NCBI GenBank assembly: GCA_034408725.1
Contig: JAWXCN010000035.1
Span: forward strand, 36,201 to 100,200
DNA: 64,000 nucleotides
Source: Candidatus Hydrogenedentota bacterium
Lineage (GTDB): Bacteria > Hydrogenedentota > Hydrogenedentia > Hydrogenedentales > SLHB01
Direction of reading: 5' to 3'
A program made the position numbers and the translations under genes. The number at the start of each line of letters is the position of its first letter. Position 1 is the stretch's first letter. The notes under the pieces are model-generated. The model made no database searches. It had not been told where the DNA came from and saw nothing but the letters and a program-made list of their open reading frames with translations. Positions 39,779-48,563 of the stretch are shown here, in pieces.

Positions 39779-40750
39779 TTAGCTATTCACCAGCAGATGC
39801 ATCACCGCCATCCGCACGGCGACGCCGTTGCTGACTTGCGCCAGAATAACACTGCGCGGACCATCGGCGACGTCCGTGGCCAGTTCAAGGTCGCGGTTGA
39901 TGGGGCCGGGGTGCATGATGAGCGCGTGGCGGGGCGCGTGTTTGAGCGAGTCGTTGTCGATGCGGTACAGGCGCACGTATTCTCGCAGACTGGGGAAGAG
40001 GCATTTGGCTTGACGCTCAAGCTGAATGCGAAGCGCGTACACTACGTCGGCGTCTTTAATCGCTTCGTGCAGGTTCGTTGTCACGTCGCAGCCCATGCGC
40101 GCAATTTCCGGTGGCACCAGCGTGGCCGGTCCGCAGACGACAACCGACGCGCCCAGTCTGGTCAGGCACCAGATATTGCTGCGAGCGACCCGGCTGTGGG
40201 CGATATCGCCGATGATGGCGACGCGCACGCCGTCTATGGTCGCGTCAGGATCGTTGCGTTGCTTTCGTATGTGATCACGGATGGTGTACGCATCAAGCAG
40301 GCCTTGCGTGGGATGTTCGTGCGCGCCATCGCCCGCGTTTACGATATGCGATTCATGGCGCTCCGCGAGGATGTGCGCCGCGCCCGCATAGCTGTGTCGA
40401 ATGACGACGAGATCGCTGTGCATCGCTTCGATATTGTCGAGCGTATCGTGCAGCGTTTCGCCTTTTTTTGAGCTCGACCCCTGGACGTTCATCGTGAGCG
40501 TGTCCGCGCTGAGGCGTTTGGCGGCGAGTTCGAACGACGTGCGGGTGCGCGTGCTCGGTTCGAAAAACCAGTTGACGACCAGCCGCCCTTGCAGCAGCGG
40601 CACCTTCTTTATTCCGCTTTCGCGTTTCGACACGGCGACGAATTGCGGGGCGGTATCGAGAATCATCTCGAGTTCCCAGCGCGACAGGTCTTCGAGCGCG
40701 ATCAGGTCCTTGCGCGTCCACGCGCGCGCGGTGTTTTCCTCGGGCGTCAT
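39779..40750 (-). CDS. pyrB: Aspartate carbamoyltransferase catalytic subunit
   Basis: FFEPSTRTRTSFE, NAGDGAHEHPTQ, GDIAHSRVARS, RIQLER, HPGPINR. Confidence 0.97.
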   Translation of the reverse strand: MTPEENTARAWTRKDLIALEDLSRWELEMILDTAPQFVAVSKRESGIKKVPLLQGRLVVNWFFEPSTRTRTSFELAAKRLSADTLTMNVQGSSSKKGETLHDTLDNIEAMHSDLVVIRHSYAGAAHILAERHESHIVNAGDGAHEHPTQGLLDAYTIRDHIRKQRNDPDATIDGVRVAIIGDIAHSRVARSNIWCLTRLGASVVVCGPATLVPPEIARMGCDVTTNLHEAIKDADVVYALRIQLERQAKCLFPSLREYVRLYRIDNDSLKHAPRHALIMHPGPINRDLELATDVADGPRSVILAQVSNGVAVRMAVMHLLVNS

Positions 40751-41325
40751 GCGCCGGGCTCCGGAACAGGAACGCGCTCAAGTAGCACGACATCTTCGCC
40801 ATCGATTTCCTGAAGCTTGACCTGCACATGATCTTCATAGGTAGTTGCGAGCGACCAGCCAAGGTAATCTGCCTGAATGGGCAACTCGCGCAAACCACGA
40901 TCTATGAGGCAAGCAAGCTGAATCCGTCGAGGCCGGCCGTAATCGATGATCTCGTCCAGTGCAGCGCGAATCGTCCGGCCAGTGGACAGAACATCGTCCA
41001 CCAGCACAACGGTGAGGCCTTCAACGTCGAAATCGAAGTGGGTGACATTGCCAACTGTCGCCGCGATTTTGCCGCTTCGCAAGTCATCGCGATACAAAGT
41101 CGTCGCGAGCGACCCCACCGGGGGACGGGCTCCCGTCATGCGCTCGATATCCGATGCAATCCGGTCCGCAAGGGGCCGTCCACGCTTGAGCACGCCCATC
41201 AACGCCAGGGAATGCAGGTCTTCGTTATGCGCGACGATTTCCTGCGCAATCCGGTGAAGCGCGGAAGCAACCGCATCCGCGTCGAGCACAACGGTCAATT
41301 CATGTTGAGGCGTGCTCACGCGCAA
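40747..41325 (-). CDS. pyrR: Bifunctional pyr operon regulator / uracil phosphoribosyltransferase
   Basis: LYRDD, VVLVDDVLSTGRTIRAALD, GRPRRIQLACLIDRGLRELPIQADYLG. Confidence 0.95.
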   Translation of the reverse strand: MRVSTPQHELTVVLDADAVASALHRIAQEIVAHNEDLHSLALMGVLKRGRPLADRIASDIERMTGARPPVGSLATTLYRDDLRSGKIAATVGNVTHFDFDVEGLTVVLVDDVLSTGRTIRAALDEIIDYGRPRRIQLACLIDRGLRELPIQADYLGWSLATTYEDHVQVKLQEIDGEDVVLLERVPVPEPGA

Positions 41326-41331
41326 CCCTTC

Positions 41332-41430
41332 AAAAACAAAATCACCCTCTCACGTTCGTGAGAAGGTGGTCGTTTCAGCATCGTTTTTCGCGCCTCTCCG
41401 TGGCGACAAAGCGCCACTGAGGACAGGAGT
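41332..41430 (-). promoter_or_regulatory. Putative PyrR-type transcription attenuator (leader stem + intrinsic terminator)
   Basis: Minus strand: GTCC...GTGGCG-CGCCAC-GGAGAGGC stem, then CACCTTCTCACG-AA-CGTGAGAGGGTG hairpin and ATTTTGTTTTT immediately before pyrR. Confidence 0.65.
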
Positions 41431-41665
41431 GTAACGCAGCGGCCCAGAAGTTTCAAATCGACATCTTTACCCTTGCTTGCCGCGACAACCTCCCGTGAGT
41501 GTGCATAAACCATTGAGTCAATGGACGCAGCGTTGGCTCGGCATGGAGCAGCCATTTACTGCGTCCGCGTGGAAAGGACTTTTGACTTGACCAGCGCGCG
41601 GACGGTATCCTATTCGTTCATCCGGCAGCCTTTCGCGGGCGCGCCATTCAATACGTGCTCCCCCT

Positions 41666-41741
41666 GAACGGGTAGCTCAGTTGGTAGAGCATCGGACTTT
41701 TAATCCGGTGGTCGCGGGTTCGACCCCCGCCCCGTTCACCA
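41666..41741 (+). tRNA. tRNA-Lys (anticodon TTT)
   Basis: Acceptor GAACGGG/CCCGTTC, D-arm GCTCAGTTGGTAGAGC, anticodon loop CTTTTAA, T-loop GGTTCGA, encoded CCA; 76 nt. Confidence 0.97.
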
Positions 41742-41837
41742 TTTTCATTCCGTTTTCGCGATATTGCATAATGGGCCTCGGCTGGTTGTCACAGATCGCG
41801 TCACAGAATCCGCCAAACAAACTTGGAGGGATTTGCT

Positions 41838-42905
41838 GTGAAGAAGTTTCCGAAGCCCTGGTTTCGTCCCGAACGCGGCGTGTGGTATGTAACGCTCGCG
41901 GGCAAGCAACACAATCTTGGCGAGAACAAAGACGAAGCATTCCGCGCTTACCATGCGTTAATGGGAAAAGAGCCGAAGGCTCTGTCTTCCGATTCAGTTC
42001 TCGGAATTCTTGATCGCTTCCTCAAGTGGTGTCATCAGAATCGCAAGCCGCGTACTTATGAATGGTATCAATGGCGGCTCCAGGAATTCGCCACCCATTT
42101 AAAGAACGCCGGACTGATATCGCTCACCGTATCCGGCATCAAGCCGTTTCATCTTGACGATTGGCTCCAACCCAAAAGCGAATGGTCATCCGGCACGAAG
42201 CACGGCATGGCGAAGGCTGTCCAACGCGCGTTCTCATGGGCAGCGAAAAGGGGACACATTGATCGCTCGCCCATAGCTCACTACGAGAAAGCGCGCGCGG
42301 GCAAACGCACCGAAATAGTCTTGCCCGATGACTTCACGGCCATACTCTCCCACGCTAATCCCGCTGAGTTCCGTGACCTCATTGAAACGGCATGGGAAAC
42401 CGGCGCGCGCCCCCAGGAAATGACCGCAATCGAGGGGAGGCATGTTGACCTCAAGCACGGCAGATGGATATTCCCGCCCGATGAATCGAAGGGCGACATC
42501 TGGCCGCGAATCGTTTATCTCAACGCCAAGGCTTTGGAAATCACCCGGCGTCTCATGAAGAAACACCCGACCGGCCCGCTATTCAGAAATTCCAAAGGAG
42601 CGGCTTGGGGGCCATTCTCAGTCAACAACGCATTCCGCAGACTACAGCTTGCAATGGGAAGAACAAAGCTCCAAGAGCCGCCGCAAGATGCGCGACTCGC
42701 GCGTAAGCTCGCCATGAAGGAGGGAAAGAAATATTGCCTCTATACGTTACGCCATTCATGGGCTGACAGGGCATTGAAATCAGGACTGGACGCTCTCACC
42801 GTCGCTATTCTCATGGGCCACCGCGATCCGTCCATGCTTACGAAGGTTTACCAGCATCTTTCACAAAGCCCTGATTATCTCGCAGCCGCCGCCCGCAAGC
42901 TATAG
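41838..42905 (+). CDS. Tyrosine recombinase/integrase
   Basis: RBS GGAGG, GTG start; TGARPQE, YTLRHSW, LMGH, VYQH catalytic set; N-terminal KPWFR...WYV arm domain. Confidence 0.93.
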   Translation: MKKFPKPWFRPERGVWYVTLAGKQHNLGENKDEAFRAYHALMGKEPKALSSDSVLGILDRFLKWCHQNRKPRTYEWYQWRLQEFATHLKNAGLISLTVSGIKPFHLDDWLQPKSEWSSGTKHGMAKAVQRAFSWAAKRGHIDRSPIAHYEKARAGKRTEIVLPDDFTAILSHANPAEFRDLIETAWETGARPQEMTAIEGRHVDLKHGRWIFPPDESKGDIWPRIVYLNAKALEITRRLMKKHPTGPLFRNSKGAAWGPFSVNNAFRRLQLAMGRTKLQEPPQDARLARKLAMKEGKKYCLYTLRHSWADRALKSGLDALTVAILMGHRDPSMLTKVYQHLSQSPDYLAAAARKL

Positions 42906-43124
42906 CGTCAGGTGTTCGAGTTTCAGCGGACGAGCGGGAGGTTGTTTTGACCCTTGCCGGTGATCGGCCAAAAACGCATCCAGTTCTCCCGACTCGATGA
43001 GAACCTTGCCGCGCTTGCCAGGCGCGCCAATGCGGTAGTGAGGCAGCGAACCGGACGCGCAGAGCTGATACACGATGCTCTGGCATATACCAAGCCGCTT
43101 CGCTGCCTCTTTTACCGTCAACAT
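42900..43124 (-). CDS. Excisionase-like HTH_17 DNA-binding protein
   Basis: MLTVKEAAKRLGICQSIVYQLCASGSLPHYRIG. Confidence 0.88.
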   Translation of the reverse strand: MLTVKEAAKRLGICQSIVYQLCASGSLPHYRIGAPGKRGKVLIESGELDAFLADHRQGSKQPPARPLKLEHLTL

Positions 43125-43126
43125 CG

Positions 43127-43345
43127 TTATTTCCCGTCTTCAATGTACTCGATGAAAAGCCACTGTTTTCGCATCAAGAACAATGACAACAACGTCCCTG
43201 GAATCAGAATCCCCGCCATTAAAAATGGATAATCAACCATTTCCTTCCCAACGGCGAGAAACATCCCGAGCAGCAAACTTCCAGCGCTCAACGCAACCGC
43301 CCCGTAGAACGATTTCGCCTTCGTCGCATATACCTTTGTCCTCAT
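43127..43345 (-). CDS. Small two-TM membrane protein
   Basis: 72 aa; RBS GGAGG; two hydrophobic segments. Confidence 0.65.
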   Translation of the reverse strand: MRTKVYATKAKSFYGAVALSAGSLLLGMFLAVGKEMVDYPFLMAGILIPGTLLSLFLMRKQWLFIEYIEDGK

Positions 43346-43354
43346 ACCGTCCTC

Positions 43355-43522
43355 CTAACTGAGCCATCGGCCTATTAACCCTAGCGTCTTTTTCACCGCC
43401 GCAGCTTTCGCCGCGTCCTTTATTTCGGGGCTGTTTCGCGAAACCAACTTCGCGAACGAGACGGCGCCCCAGATAATCAGGAAGAAAATCATTAAGCTGT
43501 TATTGAAAAAATGCTCGATCAT
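43355..43522 (-). CDS. Small single-TM protein (55 aa, absent from ORF track)
   Basis: MIEHFFNNSLMIFFLIIWGAVSFAKLVSRNSPEIKDAAKAAAVKKTLGLIGRWLS; ATGA overlap with the upstream gene. Confidence 0.6.
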   Translation of the reverse strand: MIEHFFNNSLMIFFLIIWGAVSFAKLVSRNSPEIKDAAKAAAVKKTLGLIGRWLS

Positions 43523-43797
43523 CGTTCCATTCCTTTCTCGTTTTGCTCATGGCCCGATCTGGAATATCCATCCAGCATCGCTTCGTAGCCGTGAACGTTT
43601 CCCATGTCTTGAGTTACGATCTGCGGAGTGGGGTTGAGCGGCGTGCCCTGTTCGCTCATTCCCTCGCCTTTTCCAAAGAAGACCTCGTGAATCGTGTTGC
43701 GAACATCCTTAACCGCCTCGCGGGCCATCGCCTTTACCTCGGCCCCCAGAGATGGTTGTTGCGCGTGGTTATCACGAATCCAGTCCATCAGCGCCAT
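43519..43797 (-). CDS. Hypothetical protein of the mobilizable element
   Basis: RBS GGAGG; in operon; ends EQNEKGMER. Confidence 0.7.
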   Translation of the reverse strand: MALMDWIRDNHAQQPSLGAEVKAMAREAVKDVRNTIHEVFFGKGEGMSEQGTPLNPTPQIVTQDMGNVHGYEAMLDGYSRSGHEQNEKGMER

Positions 43798-43800
43798 ACA

Positions 43801-44358
43801 TCACCTCCCTTTCCAGTTGTCGGCCATGACTCGCTGTTCAATTTCCGCATCGCGCATCCTGCGGGTGCGCATCATCGACAACTGCGCTTCCATCGCGCGT
43901 TGAATCAGCATCGAGAAGAATCCGCAGAATACGAACGCGCCAAGCCTCTGCGATACCGGACATAGCAACACGCCCACAATCAGACACAGCATCGGCTCTA
44001 TCGATTGCGCCTTCGATTCACTCGTGATGCGCGGTATGAGCTTGTAGACCAGCGCAGGCTCCCCCGCGTATTTTGAATGCGGGTGAATTCCCAAACGGCT
44101 CATTCGGAAGGTACAGGCTCGCTGGAACAACAGGGCCACAATCCATACGAGCAGAAACATCGCCATGAAGCCGTCATGGCCAACGCTCAGAAGAATTACG
44201 AAAAACGCAGCGATGCCATTAAGTCCCAACGCCTCCGACCCAAAGCCCTTCCGCATGAATACGGAGAAGCATGTCGAGTAGGAGAGCGCGGCAAAATACA
44301 TCAGGCTCGCCGCAAAGCCTTTATCCATTCCGTTCTCTTTATCCTGATTCGTCATCAC
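43801..44358 (-). CDS. Multi-TM membrane protein adjacent to the coupling protein
   Basis: About 4 hydrophobic helices; ATGA-type overlap with T4CP. Confidence 0.7.
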   Translation of the reverse strand: MMTNQDKENGMDKGFAASLMYFAALSYSTCFSVFMRKGFGSEALGLNGIAAFFVILLSVGHDGFMAMFLLVWIVALLFQRACTFRMSRLGIHPHSKYAGEPALVYKLIPRITSESKAQSIEPMLCLIVGVLLCPVSQRLGAFVFCGFFSMLIQRAMEAQLSMMRTRRMRDAEIEQRVMADNWKGR

Positions 44359-45839
44359 TGTCTCCTGAAGGTTACTTTCAACCAGTTTTCCCCGTTCGAG
44401 AACGGTTCCCCGCTGCGAATGACGATGGCGTCACTCACGCCCGAAGACCCGCCCGTTCTCAGCCCGTTCATGAACACATTGTTTTCAATTGTCCTTTCTA
44501 CGCGAGTAGAAAAACTCCCAGTGAATTGCGAATGCCCAATCAATTCATCCCACTTGTCCTGACGCGGCGCGACCGAGCCGCCGATATAGGTTTGCATTGA
44601 CCGCCCGATCAGGCTTTGTGCGTAATTCGCCGTCTGGTCATCGCCTACGGCATGAAAAATCTTCGTATTGAAATTCGTGAGCAAAGCGTTTGTGTAATGT
44701 TCTCCGGCCTTTCCTTTCATGGCCGCGTAGAGGGAATGAATGCTTTGCGTAAGGAAGACCATGCCCGCCTTTCGCGACCGGCATTGCGCGAGGAAATGCG
44801 CATCGAATGAATTCGTTACTTGCTGCGCTTCATCTACCCAGATGATCTTCGCCGGATCATCCGCCTTCGCCTGACGCCGCAAGATCGCCCTTTGCGCCGA
44901 CAACTTCCATATCGCGTTCAGGCAATTGCCTGTATCTCCGAACTCAGCGGCGGGCGCATCGACGAGGATGCTCACGCCATCGAACAGAACATCCGGCGTC
45001 ACAGTCGTTTCCGTCGAGATTAAATCCCGCACCATCCCGACATTGATGGCGTGCAAAAGGCCGAGCGTGCCAGCAGTAATATTCGACCACGTTTTCTCAG
45101 CCATTCGCGGGCCTTCTTCCAACCAGTACATCGCGGCAATTTCATAGTCATGCTCCTCAATTCGCGACTTGGAGGCTTTGTACGCCGCCGCCATCGCTTG
45201 GTTGTGGAATCCCGATTTCCATTGATCTGAGCCGAGTTCCTCCGCGCTCCGGGCCGCGCCGTTGATAAAACGCTGCAACTCAGGCGCGCTTACTCGCTTG
45301 AATGCGAGCATCACAACGACCGTCGCGTAATAAAGCTGCCGTTCCTGTTCACGTTCCCAGAAGTCCGACTCATCGCCGGAACCCTTCACGTCGCTGGAAC
45401 GAAGCGTCTCGCCGATCTGCATGAGATATTTCGTAATGCTTCGCGCATCGGCCCCCTGGCGATATTCGTAATCAATCGCATTGAACCGCAGATCATGCCG
45501 GGGACCGAATAGAAGTAATTCTCGATTGAATTCCTGATAGATAGGGAGCCAAAGCTCACGATCTTCGCCAGGCTTTGCGGCGATAATGAGCATCGCCGAA
45601 CGCGGATTGCTCACTATCGCGCGGCCCAACTCGTAGCCGGAAAACATGGTTTTCCCGCTACCCGTCGCCCCAAACAGGATCACATTGCGAATCAGGTTGC
45701 GGACGGTGAGGCAATCGTCCTTTGTCCACCAGAGCAGCGGCGTATCCAGCGCATCGATCGGCGCGAAAGTTCGACGCCGCCGAGGCGTGTACTGGCAGGC
45801 CATGAGAACCGCGAACAGTATTAGAAGCGTGGCGATCAT
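44355..45839 (-). CDS. VirD4/TraG-TraD-like type IV coupling protein
   Basis: N-terminal TM; VILFGATGSGKT Walker A; IWVDEAQ Walker B; QCRS...FLTQSI; TANYAQSLIG. Confidence 0.85.
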   Translation of the reverse strand: MIATLLILFAVLMACQYTPRRRRTFAPIDALDTPLLWWTKDDCLTVRNLIRNVILFGATGSGKTMFSGYELGRAIVSNPRSAMLIIAAKPGEDRELWLPIYQEFNRELLLFGPRHDLRFNAIDYEYRQGADARSITKYLMQIGETLRSSDVKGSGDESDFWEREQERQLYYATVVVMLAFKRVSAPELQRFINGAARSAEELGSDQWKSGFHNQAMAAAYKASKSRIEEHDYEIAAMYWLEEGPRMAEKTWSNITAGTLGLLHAINVGMVRDLISTETTVTPDVLFDGVSILVDAPAAEFGDTGNCLNAIWKLSAQRAILRRQAKADDPAKIIWVDEAQQVTNSFDAHFLAQCRSRKAGMVFLTQSIHSLYAAMKGKAGEHYTNALLTNFNTKIFHAVGDDQTANYAQSLIGRSMQTYIGGSVAPRQDKWDELIGHSQFTGSFSTRVERTIENNVFMNGLRTGGSSGVSDAIVIRSGEPFSNGENWLKVTFRRQ

Positions 45840-46642
45840 GCCCGCGCCCGATCCGACATGACGCGTTGCCATGTGCGCGCGTCGAGATTTTCTTCTCTCG
45901 ATTTGCGGGCCTGTTTAAGAACTTCGCTCAAAACTTCAATAACGTCATCAAGCGAAAGCTCGCCACCCGCGATGCTGATAATCGCCCCACGCATCGGGAC
46001 GCGCAGCCGATTGAGACGTACAACCGGACGTAGCCGGTCGTCCTTACTCAAACCGCTGCGGAGTTTCCGTCCCTCACGCTCGATAGCGTCTCTGCTCGCC
46101 CCGGCTAACGCCAGGGCCAGCAACCGACGCTGTTCAGGCTCCGAAGTCTTTGACATTTCGTACAAATGGGTGATGCCGATATTTCCGGCTTCGAGAGCTT
46201 GCCGCACCTCCGGCACTACTTTGGAGGCCGCGTCAAGGCGGGTAACGGTCGAAGGATCGACGTGAAGATGCTGCGCCAGATCGCGGCTTGACCATTTCGG
46301 AAACAAAGCGCGAAGCCGCTCTACGATACAGGCTTTCTCGAAATCGGTCAGATCATGCCTCAGCATGTTCTCTTGCGCCTGAATTAAAACTCTACGGCCT
46401 TCGTCGGTCACTTCGTCCGTGATAATGACCTCAAGTGATTCCAGCCCAACCATTTGCGCCGCTTTGAGCCTGCCGTATCCGATGAGCAGCGTACCGTCCG
46501 GCGCGGCGATCACCGGCTCATGCTGCCCTTCGTCCTTCATGCTCTGGCCAATGGCCAAAAGCTCTATCTCGCTACGCTCTGATTTCCTTACGTTACTGCC
46601 ACGCTTGAACCAACTGAGGGGTTTTCGATTAAACTCACGCAT
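45836..46642 (-). CDS. ParB/RepB/Spo0J family protein
   Basis: NVRK, GQHEPVIA, LLIGYGRLKAA, QENMLRHDL, HTH SSRDLAQHLHVDPSTVTR. Confidence 0.88.
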   Translation of the reverse strand: MREFNRKPLSWFKRGSNVRKSERSEIELLAIGQSMKDEGQHEPVIAAPDGTLLIGYGRLKAAQMVGLESLEVIITDEVTDEGRRVLIQAQENMLRHDLTDFEKACIVERLRALFPKWSSRDLAQHLHVDPSTVTRLDAASKVVPEVRQALEAGNIGITHLYEMSKTSEPEQRRLLALALAGASRDAIEREGRKLRSGLSKDDRLRPVVRLNRLRVPMRGAIISIAGGELSLDDVIEVLSEVLKQARKSREENLDARTWQRVMSDRARA

Positions 46643-46728
46643 GTTCGCCTCCTTTCGTTGAAGTAATTGTCCAACGAAAGGACTGGAAATTTGGAGACTA
46701 ATCTCATAGAAATCTGGTGGTAATCTCG

Positions 46729-47391
46729 ATGGATCGCACAGTCGTTATTTCAGCCGAGACAATTCATAAACTCCGTGCCCTTGAGGGACTGAGTCTCCCT
46801 TCCCTTGCCCGAAAAGCTAAAATCACTCAAAAAACTCTTAACCGCTGGCTCAAGGGAGAACCCGCTTTTTTTCGGAACGTTAAACAACTTGCCAAAGCAC
46901 TTAACATTCCTCTTCGCGTCCTTACATCGCCCGATATCCCCGCGACACCCACCGCTGACATGAGCCTCACCATTTCCATTAAGGGTGCCGTCTCCCCCAA
47001 TGCAAATCTTCCGACTGTCACGTCTCTGACTCCGAAACTAATTTCCGCTCTCGAACAAGCTGGGTTTTCTGTCGATGCACACACCACAAGCGTTACACTC
47101 ACCGAACGTGACGGACTAAAGAGAACCATCTCGCTAATCTTCGGATTGCTCGATACTGGCAAGCCGTTCTGGCTTTATGCCGCCGTGCGGCCAAGCAGAT
47201 ACAAAGCTTTCCTGACCGCGCAAAACAAGGGAACTCTCGATCTCCATAAATTTGATCCTTACGGCGAAATCATCGTTTCCGGCGAAGGTAATGCGCCGCC
47301 GGACGAGGTCACGCTCAAGGTGGCCGAAATATACCAGATCGATCCGGTTAAACTGACTAAAACAGTTCAACAGGCATTGGATTCAACCTAA
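46729..47391 (+). CDS. XRE-family HTH regulator fused to an uncharacterised C-terminal domain
   Basis: IHKLRALEGLSLPSLARKAKITQKTLNRWLKG HTH; divergent from parB. Confidence 0.75.
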   Translation: MDRTVVISAETIHKLRALEGLSLPSLARKAKITQKTLNRWLKGEPAFFRNVKQLAKALNIPLRVLTSPDIPATPTADMSLTISIKGAVSPNANLPTVTSLTPKLISALEQAGFSVDAHTTSVTLTERDGLKRTISLIFGLLDTGKPFWLYAAVRPSRYKAFLTAQNKGTLDLHKFDPYGEIIVSGEGNAPPDEVTLKVAEIYQIDPVKLTKTVQQALDST

Positions 47392-47475
47392 CATCAATCC
47401 TCTTGACAATGCGATAGAACTTCTATACCCCTGCAACTACTGCATCGCATTATTAACCATTGTCAGTGAGATCCT

Positions 47476-47895
47476 ATGCCGCGCAAATCAAAAGTAGCAG
47501 TTCTCGACGCACTCGCTAACGAACCCGTTCCCGTCGCCGCCGTCGTTGAGTCAATTCTCAGCAATCCACCGGAACCCGAACCAGAAAAGAAAAAATTCGC
47601 CACTGATCCGTTCCCCATCGCGGGCGATATACTCGTGGGGGCGTATCTCGCGGATAGCAAACGCTTCAAGCGCAGCATCATTCATTTTGATGAGAAGCCA
47701 TCGCAGAACGTCATCGATGCGTTAAAGGAAGCGCAATTCCGCTGGAACAATTATCAAAAGCACTGGTGGAAAGCCGTCGGGCAAGAAACCGCCAATCAGG
47801 ATCGCCTGGAAGCGCGCGAACTTTTCAACAAGATTGCAAAAATGATTCGCACGGAACGCAACATCGAACACGATATAGGCGCGCCGTCCCTTTAA
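47476..47895 (+). CDS. Hypothetical protein with F-x-x-KP...LK...F-x-W...W module
   Basis: IHFDEKPSQNVIDALKEAQFRWNNYQKHWWK. Confidence 0.7.
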   Translation: MPRKSKVAVLDALANEPVPVAAVVESILSNPPEPEPEKKKFATDPFPIAGDILVGAYLADSKRFKRSIIHFDEKPSQNVIDALKEAQFRWNNYQKHWWKAVGQETANQDRLEARELFNKIAKMIRTERNIEHDIGAPSL

Positions 47896-47919
47896 TGACG
47901 CCAAACCTCTGCGAACACG

Positions 47920-48165
47920 ATGACCTGGACGAAGCGCGTTCAAACGATCAACGAGGGCGATCAGGTAGCGTATTCAGCCGCATGGCTACGTTCCACCGGC
48001 CAATACACGGGTGATGTACCATTCGCACGCGGCGTGGTGAAGAAGCTCGTTCCCTTGGGCCAAACAACGCTTGCTGAGGTCGATTGGGGCAACCCGGACA
48101 TTCCTAGCCGCGTCAACGTCGCGAACCTATCGCGAGTGACCGACAAAGGCATTCAGGACCGTTAA
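47920..48165 (+). CDS. Small hypothetical protein (SH3-like beta pattern)
   Basis: EGDQVAY...RGVVKKL...AEVDWG...VNVANL. Confidence 0.55.
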   Translation: MTWTKRVQTINEGDQVAYSAAWLRSTGQYTGDVPFARGVVKKLVPLGQTTLAEVDWGNPDIPSRVNVANLSRVTDKGIQDR

Positions 48166-48563
48166 TCCCCCGGCGTCACATCCTCAATTGTAATTCCCGT
48201 AATGATCGGCTCTTGCTCGCCGCTAAAATCACGGTCAGCTTTGCGTATCCATTCGATTCGGTGAGAATTGATGTAGTTGTAAATCGACCATAGATTCCGT
48301 CCGCTCACTTCCAGCTTCCATTGCCGCGTACCGGCGAAGATAAACGTGAAGCGCGATGGCGTGTATTCAGCGAAGTCCAGTTGCACGTACTGAAAGGATC
48401 GCGTCGGCTCCGTGCCGTTATGAACATGCAGCCCGGCCCACCATTTTGGCGACGGCCTGGATGCGCACGGCCCCAAATCCTCGCCCTCAACGCTTTCGCC
48501 CTTAGCCGGGGTGATGCGCGTAAGCACGTCTTTCAGATGTTCATTAGAGTCGCTCGTAGCCAT
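48162..48563 (-). CDS. Hypothetical protein co-transcribed with the relaxase
   Basis: 133 aa; overlaps relaxase end; SFQY...F.F...L.V.GRNL..IY..I. Confidence 0.7.
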   Translation of the reverse strand: MATSDSNEHLKDVLTRITPAKGESVEGEDLGPCASRPSPKWWAGLHVHNGTEPTRSFQYVQLDFAEYTPSRFTFIFAGTRQWKLEVSGRNLWSIYNYINSHRIEWIRKADRDFSGEQEPIITGITIEDVTPGD

